A program made the position numbers and the translations under genes. A stretch of DNA of 63,980 bases, the filler included, from Octopus bimaculoides (taxonomy: Eukaryota), in the NCBI RefSeq assembly GCF_001194135.2. It is 11 parts of 10 records of this genome, joined end to end, with 100 filler letters (N's around TTAATTAATTAA, not from the genome) between each part and the next. Parts side by side here need not be neighbours in the genome. Positions count along the whole stretch, not along the records: positions 1 to 17,337 come from NC_068987.1; positions 17,438 to 27,737 come from NC_068994.1; 9 more parts are not named here. One strand, written 5' to 3'. Below the pieces are notes generated by a model. That model was not told where the DNA came from, searched no databases, and was given only the letters and a program-made list of their open reading frames with translations. Of this stretch, positions 12,841-25,047 are shown piece after piece; position 1 is the first letter of the stretch, and every line of letters begins with the position of its first letter.

Positions 12841-13394
12841 GAGTGAGATTGTTGTACATGCCATTAAAGTGACACTGGGGTAAAATATACGAAGCCCAGT
12901 ATACCCATCATGACTAACCGTTTGATAAGGGTGCACCAGTCACATGCATCACAACCATATGTGCGCGACATAGTGATCTTATATGAAGATAAATAGCATT
13001 TGACCTTGCAGATGGCGCCCAGTTAGACTTTTATTCAGGACGTGTAGCCTATCCCACTCAAAAGGTCCCTGAATAAGAGCTGTTTAAGGATAATGAAGAA
13101 AACACCTTTACTTCCAGAGGTGAATTATCCAAACCCCAAAGAATTTTTCTCAACACATGACTATGATGGTCCCCCACTACTTCTGCTCGTGATCAGAGAT
13201 GCACATATTATCTGCCAAAAAGGGACATGCTCAACTAGTTAAGGTCAAGCAACTTATAAGCAAATCTGTGGTATTGAGCAGAATATTTACTGTAGCCTAT
13301 CTTTTATACAAAGACAAAACAATGTACATGATAACACTTCTAATCAGCTAAGATGAGAAGCCATGAGAGCCACAGCCTGGTACTGCATCAGGGC

Positions 13395-13398
<4 letters not shown>
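12841..13398. mobile_element. ~560-bp non-coding interspersed repeat, copy 1, flanked by (ATT)n on both sides
   Basis: Colinear along its whole length with 13453-14013, from GAGTGAG to CATCAGGGCATTT. Confidence 0.9.
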
Positions 13399-13452
<54 letters not shown>

Positions 13453-14013
13453 GAGTGAGAGAGCAGTGCATGCCATTAAAATGACACTGGGGTAAAATAT
13501 ACGAAGCCCAATATACCCATCATGACTACCCGTCTGATAAGGGTACACCAGGCACATGCATCACACCATATGTGCGTGACATGGTGATCTCATATCAAGA
13601 TAAACGGCGCATGACCTCGCAGGTGGGGCCCAGTTAGAATTTTCTTCAGGTCGAGTAGCCCATCCCGCTCAAAAGGTTCCTGAATAAGGTTTGTTTAAGG
13701 ATGTTGAGCAAAACACCCATGTTTCCAAAGGTGAATTATTCAAACCCCAAAGAATTCCTCTCAACACATGGCTATGACGCTCCCCCACTACTTCTGCTCA
13801 TGATCAGAGATGCACATATCATCAGCCACCAAGGGAAATACATGCTCAACTGGTTAAGGTCAAACAACTGACAAGCAAGTCTGTGGTATTGAGCAGAATA
13901 TTTGCTGTAGCCCATCTTTTATACCAAAACAAAACAATGTACATGATAACACTTCCAATAGATTAAGATCAGAAGCCATGAGAGCCACTGCTTGGTACTG
14001 CATCAGGGAATTT
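13453..14013. mobile_element. ~560-bp non-coding interspersed repeat, copy 2 (tandem), followed by compound (ATT)n(TAG)n(CAG)n
   Basis: Head-to-tail repeat of 12841-13398, separated from it by a pure (ATT)n tract at about 13397-13452. Confidence 0.9.
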
Positions 14014-14060
14014 ATTATTATTATTATTATTGTTATTATTATCATTATTATTATTATTAT

Positions 14061-14096
<36 letters not shown>

Positions 14097-15686
14097 AACC
14101 AGCAGCAGTAGCAGCAGTAGCAGCAGCAGCAGCAATTAATGTTGTTGCTGTTCTCATTCTTTTTAGCTTCATATGAATTCCTATTGGGCCAAACGGGGTA
14201 AAAAAACCTAACTGTCTGACCTCATATATTTCAGGAACTGCAATGCGTAATGTATCCTTGCTTATATGACACGGTAGACTGTTATTTGAAGAGATTTAAA
14301 ATTATTTCTTTCAGATCAAGACTCGTAAAGGGATTCCTTCTTTAGTTAGATGCCAAAGGCAAAGTATTCGTACCAGAATGGTTGGTGTAATGCAATAGAC
14401 CGAAGAAACGCGTCAAAGCGCAAGTTGTATACCTGTTTTTAGCAATGCAGAATTCGTTTTAATAAGTTTGTTTCACAATCACGGCACCTAATGGGATCTT
14501 TGTTCGATGATCTCACTACATAGTATCTTGAATACGAGTGACTTAATACTGCCTCAGGTCAAAACTAGACGTGTAAATTTGGTTAGATGAATCTGTACGA
14601 AATCGGTTGGAAAGTCTTCAGCTGTGAAAAATGATTAAACAATCATGTCACACATTGTGTCATCTTGACTCTGCTCTTAGAAGACATGTGTCTGTAGAAT
14701 GTTCAGTCGCTTACACGTTAAATCAACGAGCAGGTAGTTCAGCAGATCAAACAATTGAATAAACTTCATCCAAAGCGATGGACAACCATTTACTTCACTT
14801 ATAATCTGTCGAGCTTAGTAGAAAACAAATTGATAAAGCACCAATATTTGGAAAGCAAAGATTATTTGCGAATTATATATGAGATTGTGTTTTGAAGAGC
14901 TTTCATGGAAGTTGCCTAATCGCCGGTTAGCGAATACATACTTGCTGCTTAGAATAGTTACGTATATAACAACTGTAACGACTAGTTTAAGAACAGATTA
15001 TTTCTGAAATACTGTAATGTGTGACTATTGAAAATTAATTGTCTTACTTATCACCTTTAGTATTATATGTACTCTTTATATACCTCAAAAGAAAAAAAAA
15101 ACACATATATAGTTCAAAATTTTCAGAAAATTTAGGAGTTGTTAAAGCTTCTGTCACTCGACTTAACATCGCATGAATTCAATTTCCAGGGTAGAAAAAT
15201 AGAGTGGCGGAAGCAATGATATAGATTAAAATTTCTACTGGAATTATTTCTAATTTAAAGCGTTTAAAAAAACAATCAGAATATTTGAATATAATATGCT
15301 TCAATGAATGGGTGTGTGTGTGTGNNNNNNNNNNNNNNNNNNNNNNNNNNNNNNNNNNNNNNNNNNNNNNNNNNNNNNNNNNNNNNNNNNNNNNNNNNNN
15401 NNNNNNNNNNNNNNNNNNNNNNNNNNNNNNNNNNNNNNNNNNNNNNNNNNNNNNNNNNNNNNNNNNNNNNNNNNNNNNNNNNNNNNNNNNNNNNNNNNNN
15501 NNNNNNNNNNNNNNNNNNNNNNNNNNNNNNNNNNNNNNNNNNNNNNNNNNNNNNNNNNNNNNNNNNNNNNNNNNNNNNNNNNNNNNNNNNNNNNNNNNNN
15601 NNNNNNNNNNNNNNNNNNNNNNNNNNNNNNNNNNNNNNNNNNNNNNNNNNNNNNNNNNNNNNNNNNNNNNNNNNNNNNNNNNNNNN

Positions 15687-15754
<68 letters not shown>

Positions 15755-16068
15755 GTATACAGGTATGCGTGTATGTGTGTATGCATGAATGTGCGTATGA
15801 TTTTATGTAAGCATGTATGTGTGCATGCTTTAATGTATGTTTGTAATTATGTATGTATATCAACTTTTACAAGAGAGATGTTGACTGTGGTTTCTAACTT
15901 ATCACTCTGACTGCTGAAAATGAATAAAACCGAATCTTCAAAGTCACTGTTTCCTTTTTCTTTTTAAAATTGATAAATATCCCCAAAATCATCCATTTAG
16001 CTGAATACTAGAATATTATGATATATACTTAACATAAAAAAATATACATTGATAAACGCGCGCGCGCG

Positions 16069-16106
<38 letters not shown>

Positions 16107-17381
16107 CGTGCGCGTGCCTGTGTTGTGCGCGTGTGTGTGTTGTGGGGTGACTGAATATGTACGTGCACACATTCTATTGATTGTTAAGTGCGAATTTGTA
16201 TGAGTCTCATTAGATACAAAAAGCGCTTTCAGGTTATAAGAATTAGTCGCATACTCATATATGCATATGCTATTATTTATGGAAGGCAGTAATTATTTTA
16301 CAAACTTTTCACTAGATAGAATATAACGTATTCTGTTGTACCAGTGTTAAAATCAGCAGTAACGGAAGTATGTAATTACGGTATTCAGTACAATTAGAAT
16401 TTTCTATAGAAGTATGAACAGAATCTTCTAGACATCGAATATATTGAACACTTGATAAACACACAGAGACACACATATAGATATTTACATGCTGGTGTGT
16501 TTGTGTCTTTCAAAATTTCAATAATTTCAAGTGCAGTTGTAAACTCTATAATACGTAAGTCTAACTATAAGTTTCGGTAGGTGTTTTAAAACGAAGAGAG
16601 CGACACGTCATGAATTTTCGTACAGGGTGACTGCTGTTTGATCGGTGTTCTGTTAAGGTGCTTCATTCGGGAGTCATAATAGGCAAGCCGTGGCGACTTC
16701 CAGGAATATTAATGTTTTTAATTGGTCTATTGTATTGTGATCATACCTATGCTCATCCTTATCAGTCTTATCAGCTACATGACAATACTATCACGGCAGT
16801 TTACAGATAAGTGAATAAATGAATTAGTGCTTGCCTATGTAGAGATCCATGTGAAGGTAAACTTAATATATGTACGTATGTATGTGTTTTTGTATACATG
16901 CATGTTTGTATGTACTATGTGTGCGTTATATATTTATGTATGCCTACATGTATGCGCGTATGTATGAATGTATGTACGTAGACAGTGATTTGCGGGTTCG
17001 CCACCACAACATCGTTTAGGCTTAGCAGCCCTTCCTGTTTGTTTTCACTGTCCTGTTTGTGTTACCAATTTTAACCCTCCGCAAAATCTCAAATTTTATT
17101 TAATTTGCTTTGCGGGAGCAACTGTTTTATCGAAATCGTATATTGTTGTTCAATACCCAAAAATTCGAGAGTATAAAAACAGCCAACAACTGATGAAGGG
17201 TCGTTATTTATGTTGTTTGTCTTGTTTACCATTTGTGTCTTTCGTTATTCGAAAACATAATTCATATTCTGTGTACTCGTACCTCGTATTTTTTGTTGCA
17301 CTCGTTTCGTGAGGTCCTGTGCCCGTATATGCACATANNNNNNNNNNNNNNNNNNNNNNNNNNNNNNNNNNNNNNNNNNNN

Positions 17382-17393
17382 TTAATTAATTAA
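17382..17393. other. Artificial six-frame-stop linker TTAATTAATTAA inside a 100-nt spacer (first of 10; also 27782, 32542, 36968, 39074, 47276, 55520, 58776, 60997, 62667)
   Basis: Identical palindromic 12-mer centred between N runs (44 N on each side where counted). It has stop codons in all six frames. Confidence 0.95.
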
Positions 17394-17445
17394 NNNNNNN
17401 NNNNNNNNNNNNNNNNNNNNNNNNNNNNNNNNNNNNNATACTTCC

Positions 17446-18057
17446 GACTATGTAGATTCCGAAGACATAGGAATTTTTGTGGAAAAGAATTGGGGGCTAT
17501 TTTTGAGAACTGTTCCCCACTCGCGGTTGTTTCTGAACAAGTCGTCCATATTTGTTTCACTTGCTCCATTTTGTGTTTGTGCATCCGTAGATTTCTACCA
17601 CACACACACACACACACACATGTAATTAAAAAAGTGTCATGTTTATTATAGAGATTATGTAACAAATTATGCTTTACACTTATATATTTAACTGTGCGTG
17701 AATATTCCTTATTTTTGCTTCTGGTGTCTTCTGCCTTTCTATTAGAAACGTTTACATGGGAATTTACGTAAAGTGAAAAAAGTCGTATGAAACTGATAAG
17801 TCGTCTTAATAGCATTTCTGTGTACCAGACCTTTAGGTGTTATTTTTATCATAACGAGTTTTCTTGTGAGGGCTTCTTTGCCTTCATTGCCTGTTTGTTG
17901 CTTCAGTAGAAATTTACGGATGCACAAATGCACAAAACGGACAAAATGAAATAAATATGGACTTGTTCAGAAACACCTGCGAGTGGGGAGCAGTTCTCAA
18001 AAATAGCCCCCAATTGTTTTACCCCCAAATTCTTATGTCCCCGGAATCTACATAGTC
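17446..18057. mobile_element. MITE with ~150-bp terminal inverted repeats
   Basis: 17446-17598 (GACTATGTAGATTCC...CCGTAGATTTCTAC) is the diverged reverse complement of 17906-18057. Confidence 0.85.
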
Positions 18058-18935
18058 CTAGGTATATTTGTAGAGAATTTCATTAAAAAATATCCATTTT
18101 CTTGAAAGACAAATTGAAGTGGACTCCAATATTCGGAATTTACATGATATAACACATATTCCTAGACAATTTCGTTAAAAAATATCCATTTTTCTGAAAG
18201 TGATGATCATCCAACGTCGTGGGAGGAGGGGCAGAAATTTAGTCATGCCTTTGAATCAAACTCGAAGAGATTTCAGTTCAAGCAAATTTTTTCAACAATT
18301 TCTTCAAAAAGATTTCAGTATAAACTTTCGGAAAATATGCTCAAAAAGAAGCAAAAAATATTTCGTGAATCTTCTCAGCTGCAAAAGCCTCTGTATCAAT
18401 GATGGAAGTTTTTTTTTTACCTTTTTGCTGATTTCACAAACTGACTGGTGGGAATAAAATGACTGTTAATTTTCATCTCTGTTCATATATATATACGTGT
18501 GTGTGTGTATGTGTGCGTTACCAGTACCATAAATCTCTCTCTCTCTCTTTCTCTACCTATCTCTATCTGTCTGTTTGTCTATCTGTCTGTCTGTCTGTCT
18601 CTGTCTCTCTCTCTCTCTCTTTCTGCCTCTTTCTCTCTCTTTCTGCCTCTTTCTCTCTCTTTCTGCCTCTTTCTCTTTCTCTTCCTTCACTGACGCTACC
18701 CCTTACTTCCACTCCATTTCAACCCATTTCACACCATTCAATTCTTTCACCCCCAACGCCATTTATTGCCCTATCAACTCTCTGCAGCACCACATTTTTC
18801 TTGTGTACCTAGATTTTTTTGTCGCCAGAGATAAAAGAGTCAATACTCTTAGACACACCCGCACACATAAGTCTGTCTCCAGTTTATTTCTCCATAGGGA
18901 ATTAAGATGGCATTGCTTTCAGTACTGACCAGTTC

Positions 18936-18976
<41 letters not shown>

Positions 18977-19545
18977 CACACACACACACACAAACACCAC
19001 AAACGCACACATAGGCGTTTGTAATTACCCACATGTTTTCACATACCACTCACTACATAGAAGCAAATAATCTATTCCCTCTTTAGTGACATCAGATCTT
19101 ATGAATAAGACGAAGACAACTTGTTGTCTCTAAAGTGTCCAAAATTTGATAAAATTGTCCACAGAAGGGATGTATAGAATTTTTTTTAACAACTCATTCT
19201 CAAATTGCCCCCTTTCTCTATTTGTAAACTAAACATTGTATACAAAAGATATAAAAATTCAGCATAACCCTACACATATGCCTCACCAAAATATTACCAT
19301 GTCCCACCGGTGGGGCATGCGCTCCACGTTGGGAATCACGGCTATAGAGTCCTTTTGACTCTTATTTTTAGGAATGGTGTTACCACTTACTACTCTCTGT
19401 CACTTTATGTTCGTGTGAGTATATAATTTATATACTATTATATACTCATGTGTATATAACGGATACATACATACATACATACGTACATACATACACACAC
19501 ACACACATATAGACACATAGATATCCAGATAGATATATACACATA

Positions 19546-19590
<45 letters not shown>

Positions 19591-20269
19591 GTATATATAT
19601 ATATAATATATATATATGTAAATGTATATCTATTTCTGTCTGTCTGTGCACTTGTGTACATGTTATATATGTGTGCTCGAATCTATGCGCGTGCACGTGT
19701 GTGTGTGTAATGTGGGGGAAAATCAGTTGTTTGCAGAAGGATTAATCTAGTTTCTTTTTAAACTGGGTTCCTCGTGTATCAGCCGAGTGTCAGTCGGGTG
19801 TCAGTTGGGTGTATGACAATATATCCTTTACAGAAAAGGCGCTTTACTCACCAAGCAAGTCTGTAGTAAATATCTTTGATTTGAACAATAATGGAGATAT
19901 CCGTAAGTAGAAGTGCAGTGGTGGTGATGGTGGCGGCGGTGGAGGCAGTGGCGACGCTGGTGTTACAGTAAACTATTCCTATTCTGACTCTATGCAATAT
20001 ATCGGCTTCTATGCAACTCCTACTCAGATCTAGGCTATATCTTACACTCCATTTCTATACCCGCACAGAATCGGTAGATTATTCCAAGTAGCTTTATTAT
20101 CTAGCTCCTATCCGAAGGAACGTAGAAAGAAGGGGTTTTATGTATATTTATTCCTTGATTTATACGGCACGAATTTTGCACCGTTTTATTTTAGAATGAC
20201 TTTAGTTTTGGTCGTGTTAGTGTGACAGAATAATGCCTTGCAATATTTCTTTCGGCTCTATTTTCTGAG

Positions 20270-20387
20270 TTTAAATTCCCCCAGGGTCAGCTTTGTCGTT
20301 CATCCATGGAAGGTCGATAAATTAAAGTACCAATCTTCCCCTCAAAATTGCTGTCTTTGTCCTATATTGAAAACCATTATAATTATT
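20270..20387 (+). mobile_element. Decayed SINE family A fragment
   Basis: AAATTCCCC.AGGGTCAGCTTTG...GGTCGATAAATTAAAGTACC resembles the body of the other family A copies. Confidence 0.55.
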
Positions 20388-21280
20388 GGAGTCCGGAGAA
20401 AATCCTCTCGGACAAAACCCCCAAGTTTAAGTGGGAAAAAGGACAAAACCCCCTCGGTTACACTTTTGGCGGTGTACAATAAACATCCCAACTCTTCTCC
20501 ATTTATTCTATTTCCTTTTCTTTTTCAGATTCCGACGTTTTCAGCAACGGAGATTCCGATTCTGACAAAATATCGGCATTTCAAAATTTAACCCCCCACC
20601 CTCCACTAATCATTTTGCTTTCCACTTCTTGCGAAATTTTTTGGGGAATCCACGTAGACAAATGCGAAGATTCCGATATTCTGAAAATTGTTTTTTTAAG
20701 CATTTCAATGTTTAAAAACAAATCCACACCAATATTCCCAATGTTTTTAAACTCGTTGGCTCATTTGCGCATGTGTAGGTGATTTTCAACCAGCGTATGA
20801 AGTTAAGCATAGAAGGTCTTTCCACATACTAGAAATAACAGTCAATTCTCTTGAAATATTTAAAACATTACATGTAAACAGAAACGGAAATCGCGGTTGT
20901 GGAAAAACTTTTATTTTCCAAATTCCAATCTTTAAATGTACAAAAATATATTCAATCGAAAATAAATAAGTAAAAATAAGATAACAAAACACAATAGACT
21001 TTACAGGCACATATTTTCTGAATTCTAACATAAAGGAGAAGGCATTTATTTCAAGAAATGTGTTTTACAAGTCAAAAACACTCATCACCACCACCACCAC
21101 CACCACCACCGATTTTTTTGCCATAACCGGAATCTCTGCTGCCGGAAACGTCGGAACCTGTAAAAAAGAACAAAATAATGTCAAAAATGTATCTGGGGGG
21201 TCATTGTCATCTTTGCACTTTAACTGAGAGGTTTTGTCCGAGGGTTTTTGTCCAGGAGGGGGAGGGGTTGTCCTACACTC
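20388..21280. mobile_element. Non-autonomous Mutator-like (MULE) DNA transposon with long TIRs and 9-bp TSD
   Basis: Diverged inverted arms at about 20388-20585 and 21105-21280 carry repeated GGACAAAACCC motifs. ATAATTATT is present immediately on both flanks (20379-20387 and 21281-21289). 9-bp TSDs are typical of Mutator. Confidence 0.75.
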
Positions 21281-21289
21281 ATAATTATT

Positions 21290-21590
21290 TTTTGTAGTTT
21301 TATTTTTATTACGTCCTTTCACAGTATTACTGAGTGCAGTTCTGTATTCCGTGGGCATGTGCTGTGGTTTGTTTTAGTGCTGTTATTTTTACTGTATTGA
21401 AAACGCTTTACGTAGGATGTGCGTGGTCTAGCAGTGCTATCTTTTGCATGTTATATATATATTCGTACGTTCTGGTGTTTTGATTTTGTATTTGTCTGTA
21501 AGTTTTTAGCCATATCCCATCATTGTCATGTATCATACGCTGCAGCGCATCTATGACACTACAACGAAAGTCTTCCTGATTAAACACGAA
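21290..21590 (-). mobile_element. R4/Dong-type non-LTR retrotransposon C-terminus and 3' UTR remnant
   Basis: Minus strand reads NMQKIALL-HAHILRKAFS, matching the QKIALLGTAHILRKVL terminus of RLE-encoding R4/Dong elements, then an A/AAT-rich tail. Confidence 0.6.
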
Positions 21591-21599
21591 TTCTCCAGC

Positions 21600-21850
21600 T
21601 GCCTTGTCACTCTTGTCCAACCAGCATTTCATATTGTCCATTCAATGCGTTCTTTGCCCGCCTCTCTATTCTTCCCTCCCTGATAATGTTCTTCAAATCA
21701 CTGCTTCTTCGAATATGACTCTAATAGATGAGCTTTTGTTTTCTCACAAAGTTCAGGTGTTGTCATCTTTCACCTACTCGTAACACCCATTCATTCGACT
21801 GATGGTCCTTGTAAGAAACTCAGTATCTTTTCCATCTCAATCACAGATTT
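21600..21850 (-). mobile_element. RTE-clade LINE C-terminal remnant
   Basis: Decayed EG.IE..R..GR.R..WMDNMKCW motif (ORF 21408-21641 begins MDNMKCW). Confidence 0.45.
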
Positions 21851-22629
21851 TTTAATTGATTTTTTTTTAACTAATCAGTTTGAAACTTCGAATACTGGTA
21901 GAATTTCTCACGTAGAAAACGGTTTACTTTGAACGTTTTTGATAAAATTTCGTATTTTAGAAGTTATTTCGTGTTAAAGTTGTCGTATTTGGGTAATTTC
22001 AACCAATCAACGACGTGTATTTGGTTGAAGAAAGCTACTGCTGTTTGTGATAGTAATAGAAGAGGAACAACTTCCGGGTCATCTCTACTAAATGCCACCA
22101 CTCTGTTCTATTCGTATGGCGAGCGAAGACGAAGCCAGCTTTATCCTTTTTTCCTTTCTAGCCAGCACCGTGCATTCCTTTATCTTTCTCTCCCTTCTAC
22201 ACTATCAATTACCGTATTTTCCGGTGTATAAGCCGTTATTTATTTTGTTTTACCTTCATGTTTTGATGATGTTATTTTTTTTTTTTTTATCTAATAAAGA
22301 CTTTTATATTGACGAAATGTGTTTGTTGTTGATTATAGTAAGATAAAATCACGATAATAACAATACATCTCATAGTTGTAAAATAAGGCATTTTGAAACT
22401 ACATATACGTCAATCACAAAAAATGCTAGTTACGGACTCGTTGCTTTATGTCTTTTAAACACCGACAACCATCACCCTGAAGAGGGCAATCAATAACATT
22501 TAGCAAAGAGCTAGCACTAGGAAAAATATATTGGTGGGAGAACTAGTTGGCAAACTAGAAGAGGAAATGAATAAAGGCATTGCGACTGACGTACTAGCAG
22601 CAAGAATGGCCTCTTGAAAATAGATGTCT

Positions 22630-24660
22630 GTTAGGCCTGAACGGTGGAGACTCGACGTGGCAAGAAAACCACGATTAGGTCTTTGACGGATCTGGACGGG
22701 TGTGTGATAGTCAGTTCCGAGTAGATGTGTCCGGCTTTCCAGCAGCAGTTCACGCTGCTATTTGAGGAGGACGAAGAGTCGTCGACGGTAGCGGACTTTT
22801 GTTCATATCTGGACGGTCTTCCGCAGCTCTCGGCAGCGAATGCGACTTCTGTGAAAATCTGATGATGGCTGCTGAAATACAGGAGGCGATTGCACAAGTC
22901 GCAAGTCGTCCGGTTTGGATGGTCGGTCCTATGAATTCACTGAGTTCGCGCCAGATTTGTTTGACGGCCTCTTGATAGACGTCTACCGTATCAGGCAGCA
23001 GAATGAGAGCATTCCTGATGTTGTTAGCCGGGGTGTGGTGACGCTGCTGAGAAAGGATGCCGACAAAGGGGACGTTCTAGGAAATTTTCGGCCCATAACT
23101 TTGCTAAACATTGAGTTTAAGATTTTGGCCAAGGTGTAAACGAAAAGGTTGGCGCTTGTCATCAATGGTTTGGTCGGGGAAGCACAAACATGCGTAGTCC
23201 CGAACAGGTCTACCCACGACAACCTCCACCTTATGCGATAGATCATAGAAAGGGCTGGGACAAAAGCTGGCTTCGGTGTGGCTTTGATCAATTTGGATTC
23301 AATAGGGTCGACCATCGTTATCTGGAAGTGGTCTGTTTTGGACCCATTTTACAGGCTGGATCACTGCAATGCACAGCGGCACCTGCTCGGTGGTCAAAGT
23401 AAACGCCCACCTATCGGAACCGTTTCACATCGCACGCCTTCTCTGTACGTACTGGCTCTCGAGTCACTGCTGCGGATGTTGGAACAGTTGAGGGACTTCC
23501 CTTTCGAACTGGGAAACGAAAGGGAGGTGTCGGCGTGCGCAGAAAACTTTACCGTTATGGCCTGGAACGCTTCCGAAGTGGAGGCAATATCGTCTCGTCA
23601 TCATTTAGTGCATGACCGTCGTTTCCTGCCCCTGTTACTGCTTGATCAGGTTGGAGTATCTCTTACTTATTTTCTTATGGAAGGGAGGCTTTCCTATGGA
23701 TAGGCGTTCAGTCTGCTGCCAGCACCCTCTGTGTGGAAGCTTAGGCATACTGTGGTTTCTGATACGCAGACACGCACTCAGGTTGTGCCAACTGCAACGA
23801 TTTCTGGACGGTGAAGTGTGTAGGCTCCGTTTGTTAGGCATGTCTGTCTGCTGTTCGTTTCCTCGACGGAGCTGCAGTCCTGGGTGAAGGAAAGATTGAA
23901 ACTGGGCGTCTACCTACTAGAGTATCGTTAAGCATTCATCGTCCTCTACCAGTCGGGCAATGGGATGTTTCACTTTAACAATATATAGGGAATTAGTGGC
24001 GACGTCTTAGGAGAAACCCTAGGTGTTGACGAAAATGAACCAACTAGTCTGCCCCGGAGGACTCTCCGGTCGGAGAATATCATGAACAATTTCCAAATGT
24101 CCTTGACCTGGCAGTGCTGTCAGGCGGGCTTGTCCGAGGTGCGCCCAGTCGCAAATCGTTCTGTGTTCGAACATCGCTGATTTTGGGAGTTATGTCGAAC
24201 GGCTGCTGTCGCTCGTGGGACGTTTCTGCCGCCCTTTTTTAATCTGCAAGGTAAAGCAGTTTTTGTTTGCTTGGTAGCGATTGCGAAAGAGATGAACGGT
24301 AAAAAGTTTGGAGGACAGATTCCTCTTTGGTAGAGCCCTCATCGACTTTCACTTGAATAGGAAAGTGAGGGTGGAGAGGAGGTGTTGTCCTCGAGTGAAT
24401 TTATTGAAAAGAGGGTGAAAGTTGCGAAAATGACAAGAGTGGATGGTACAGACCTGTGTGTCAGAGAACAGGAATTGGAAATGCACTTACACTTGGTATT
24501 CAGGGAAATCTTGGACGGTGACGTTCCACGATTGTCCCTAGAGGTCTTCTTGTATTAGGATGATCAGATCATCTTCATCACCTTTTTATAAACTGATGTA
24601 CACTGCGTATATTTTTATTTCTAAGCTTCACTGTATATCATGTATAGTTTTTACCTGTTT
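22630..24660 (+). mobile_element. Tx1/L1-clade LINE ORF2 (RT) remnant, 5'-truncated, many frameshifts
   Basis: SRGVVTLLRKDADKGDVLGNFRPITLLNIEFKILAKV, QTCVVPNRSTHDNLHL, ALINLD and LYVLALESLLR. Same family as 39130-40110. Confidence 0.9.
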
Positions 24661-24662
24661 TT

Positions 24663-25016
24663 GCTCCCCCTGCTAGCAATATATATGTATGTACAGGATG
24701 CAGCGCCGCATCGATAACCAGCTGGCGGAAGATCTGTCTGGGGTTAAAACTAGTAGTAACATGAAATAGCCACTTAGATGTGGCGATTTACTCCGATCTC
24801 TTCTTGAGATTTTACAACTAGCTACTTTGCTTGTTGCAAATCAGTAACCGATGGTCGCTTTGTTTACAATATATTGTTGGCTGGAGCGTATCCTGGCTAT
24901 CTCTCTGGTGACCAGATACTCGCGACTGAAGATGAGCCAACCAACTCGAAACTGAGTCAGTCTCGCGATCCTGTTATCTGCTAGAGGATGGTACGGGTTC
25001 GCTCCCCCTGCTAGCG

Positions 25017-25047
<31 letters not shown>

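Noticed and set aside
12804-14061. Repeat-spacer-like alternation that might suggest a CRISPR array
   Set aside because: The long units are copies of each other and the short parts are microsatellites. The DNA is eukaryotic and there are no cas genes.
10240-14430. Candidate splice acceptors for host exons (about 10248 and 14325; also about 29717)
   Set aside because: No convincing donor, open frame or protein similarity follows any of them.
17190-17260. CTGATGA box in a probable repeat (16982-17335)
   Set aside because: No stem II closed by GAAA and no stem I or III could be formed.
19300-19345. GTTGGGAATCACGGCTA resembling a hAT MITE end
   Set aside because: No matching opposite terminus or 8-bp TSD was found.
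22478-22500. CTGAAGAGGGC (also CTGAAGAGG at about 9903 and CTGAAGAGAC at about 41065)
   Set aside because: The downstream GAAA or the required stems are missing or non-canonical; 7-mer matches are expected by chance.
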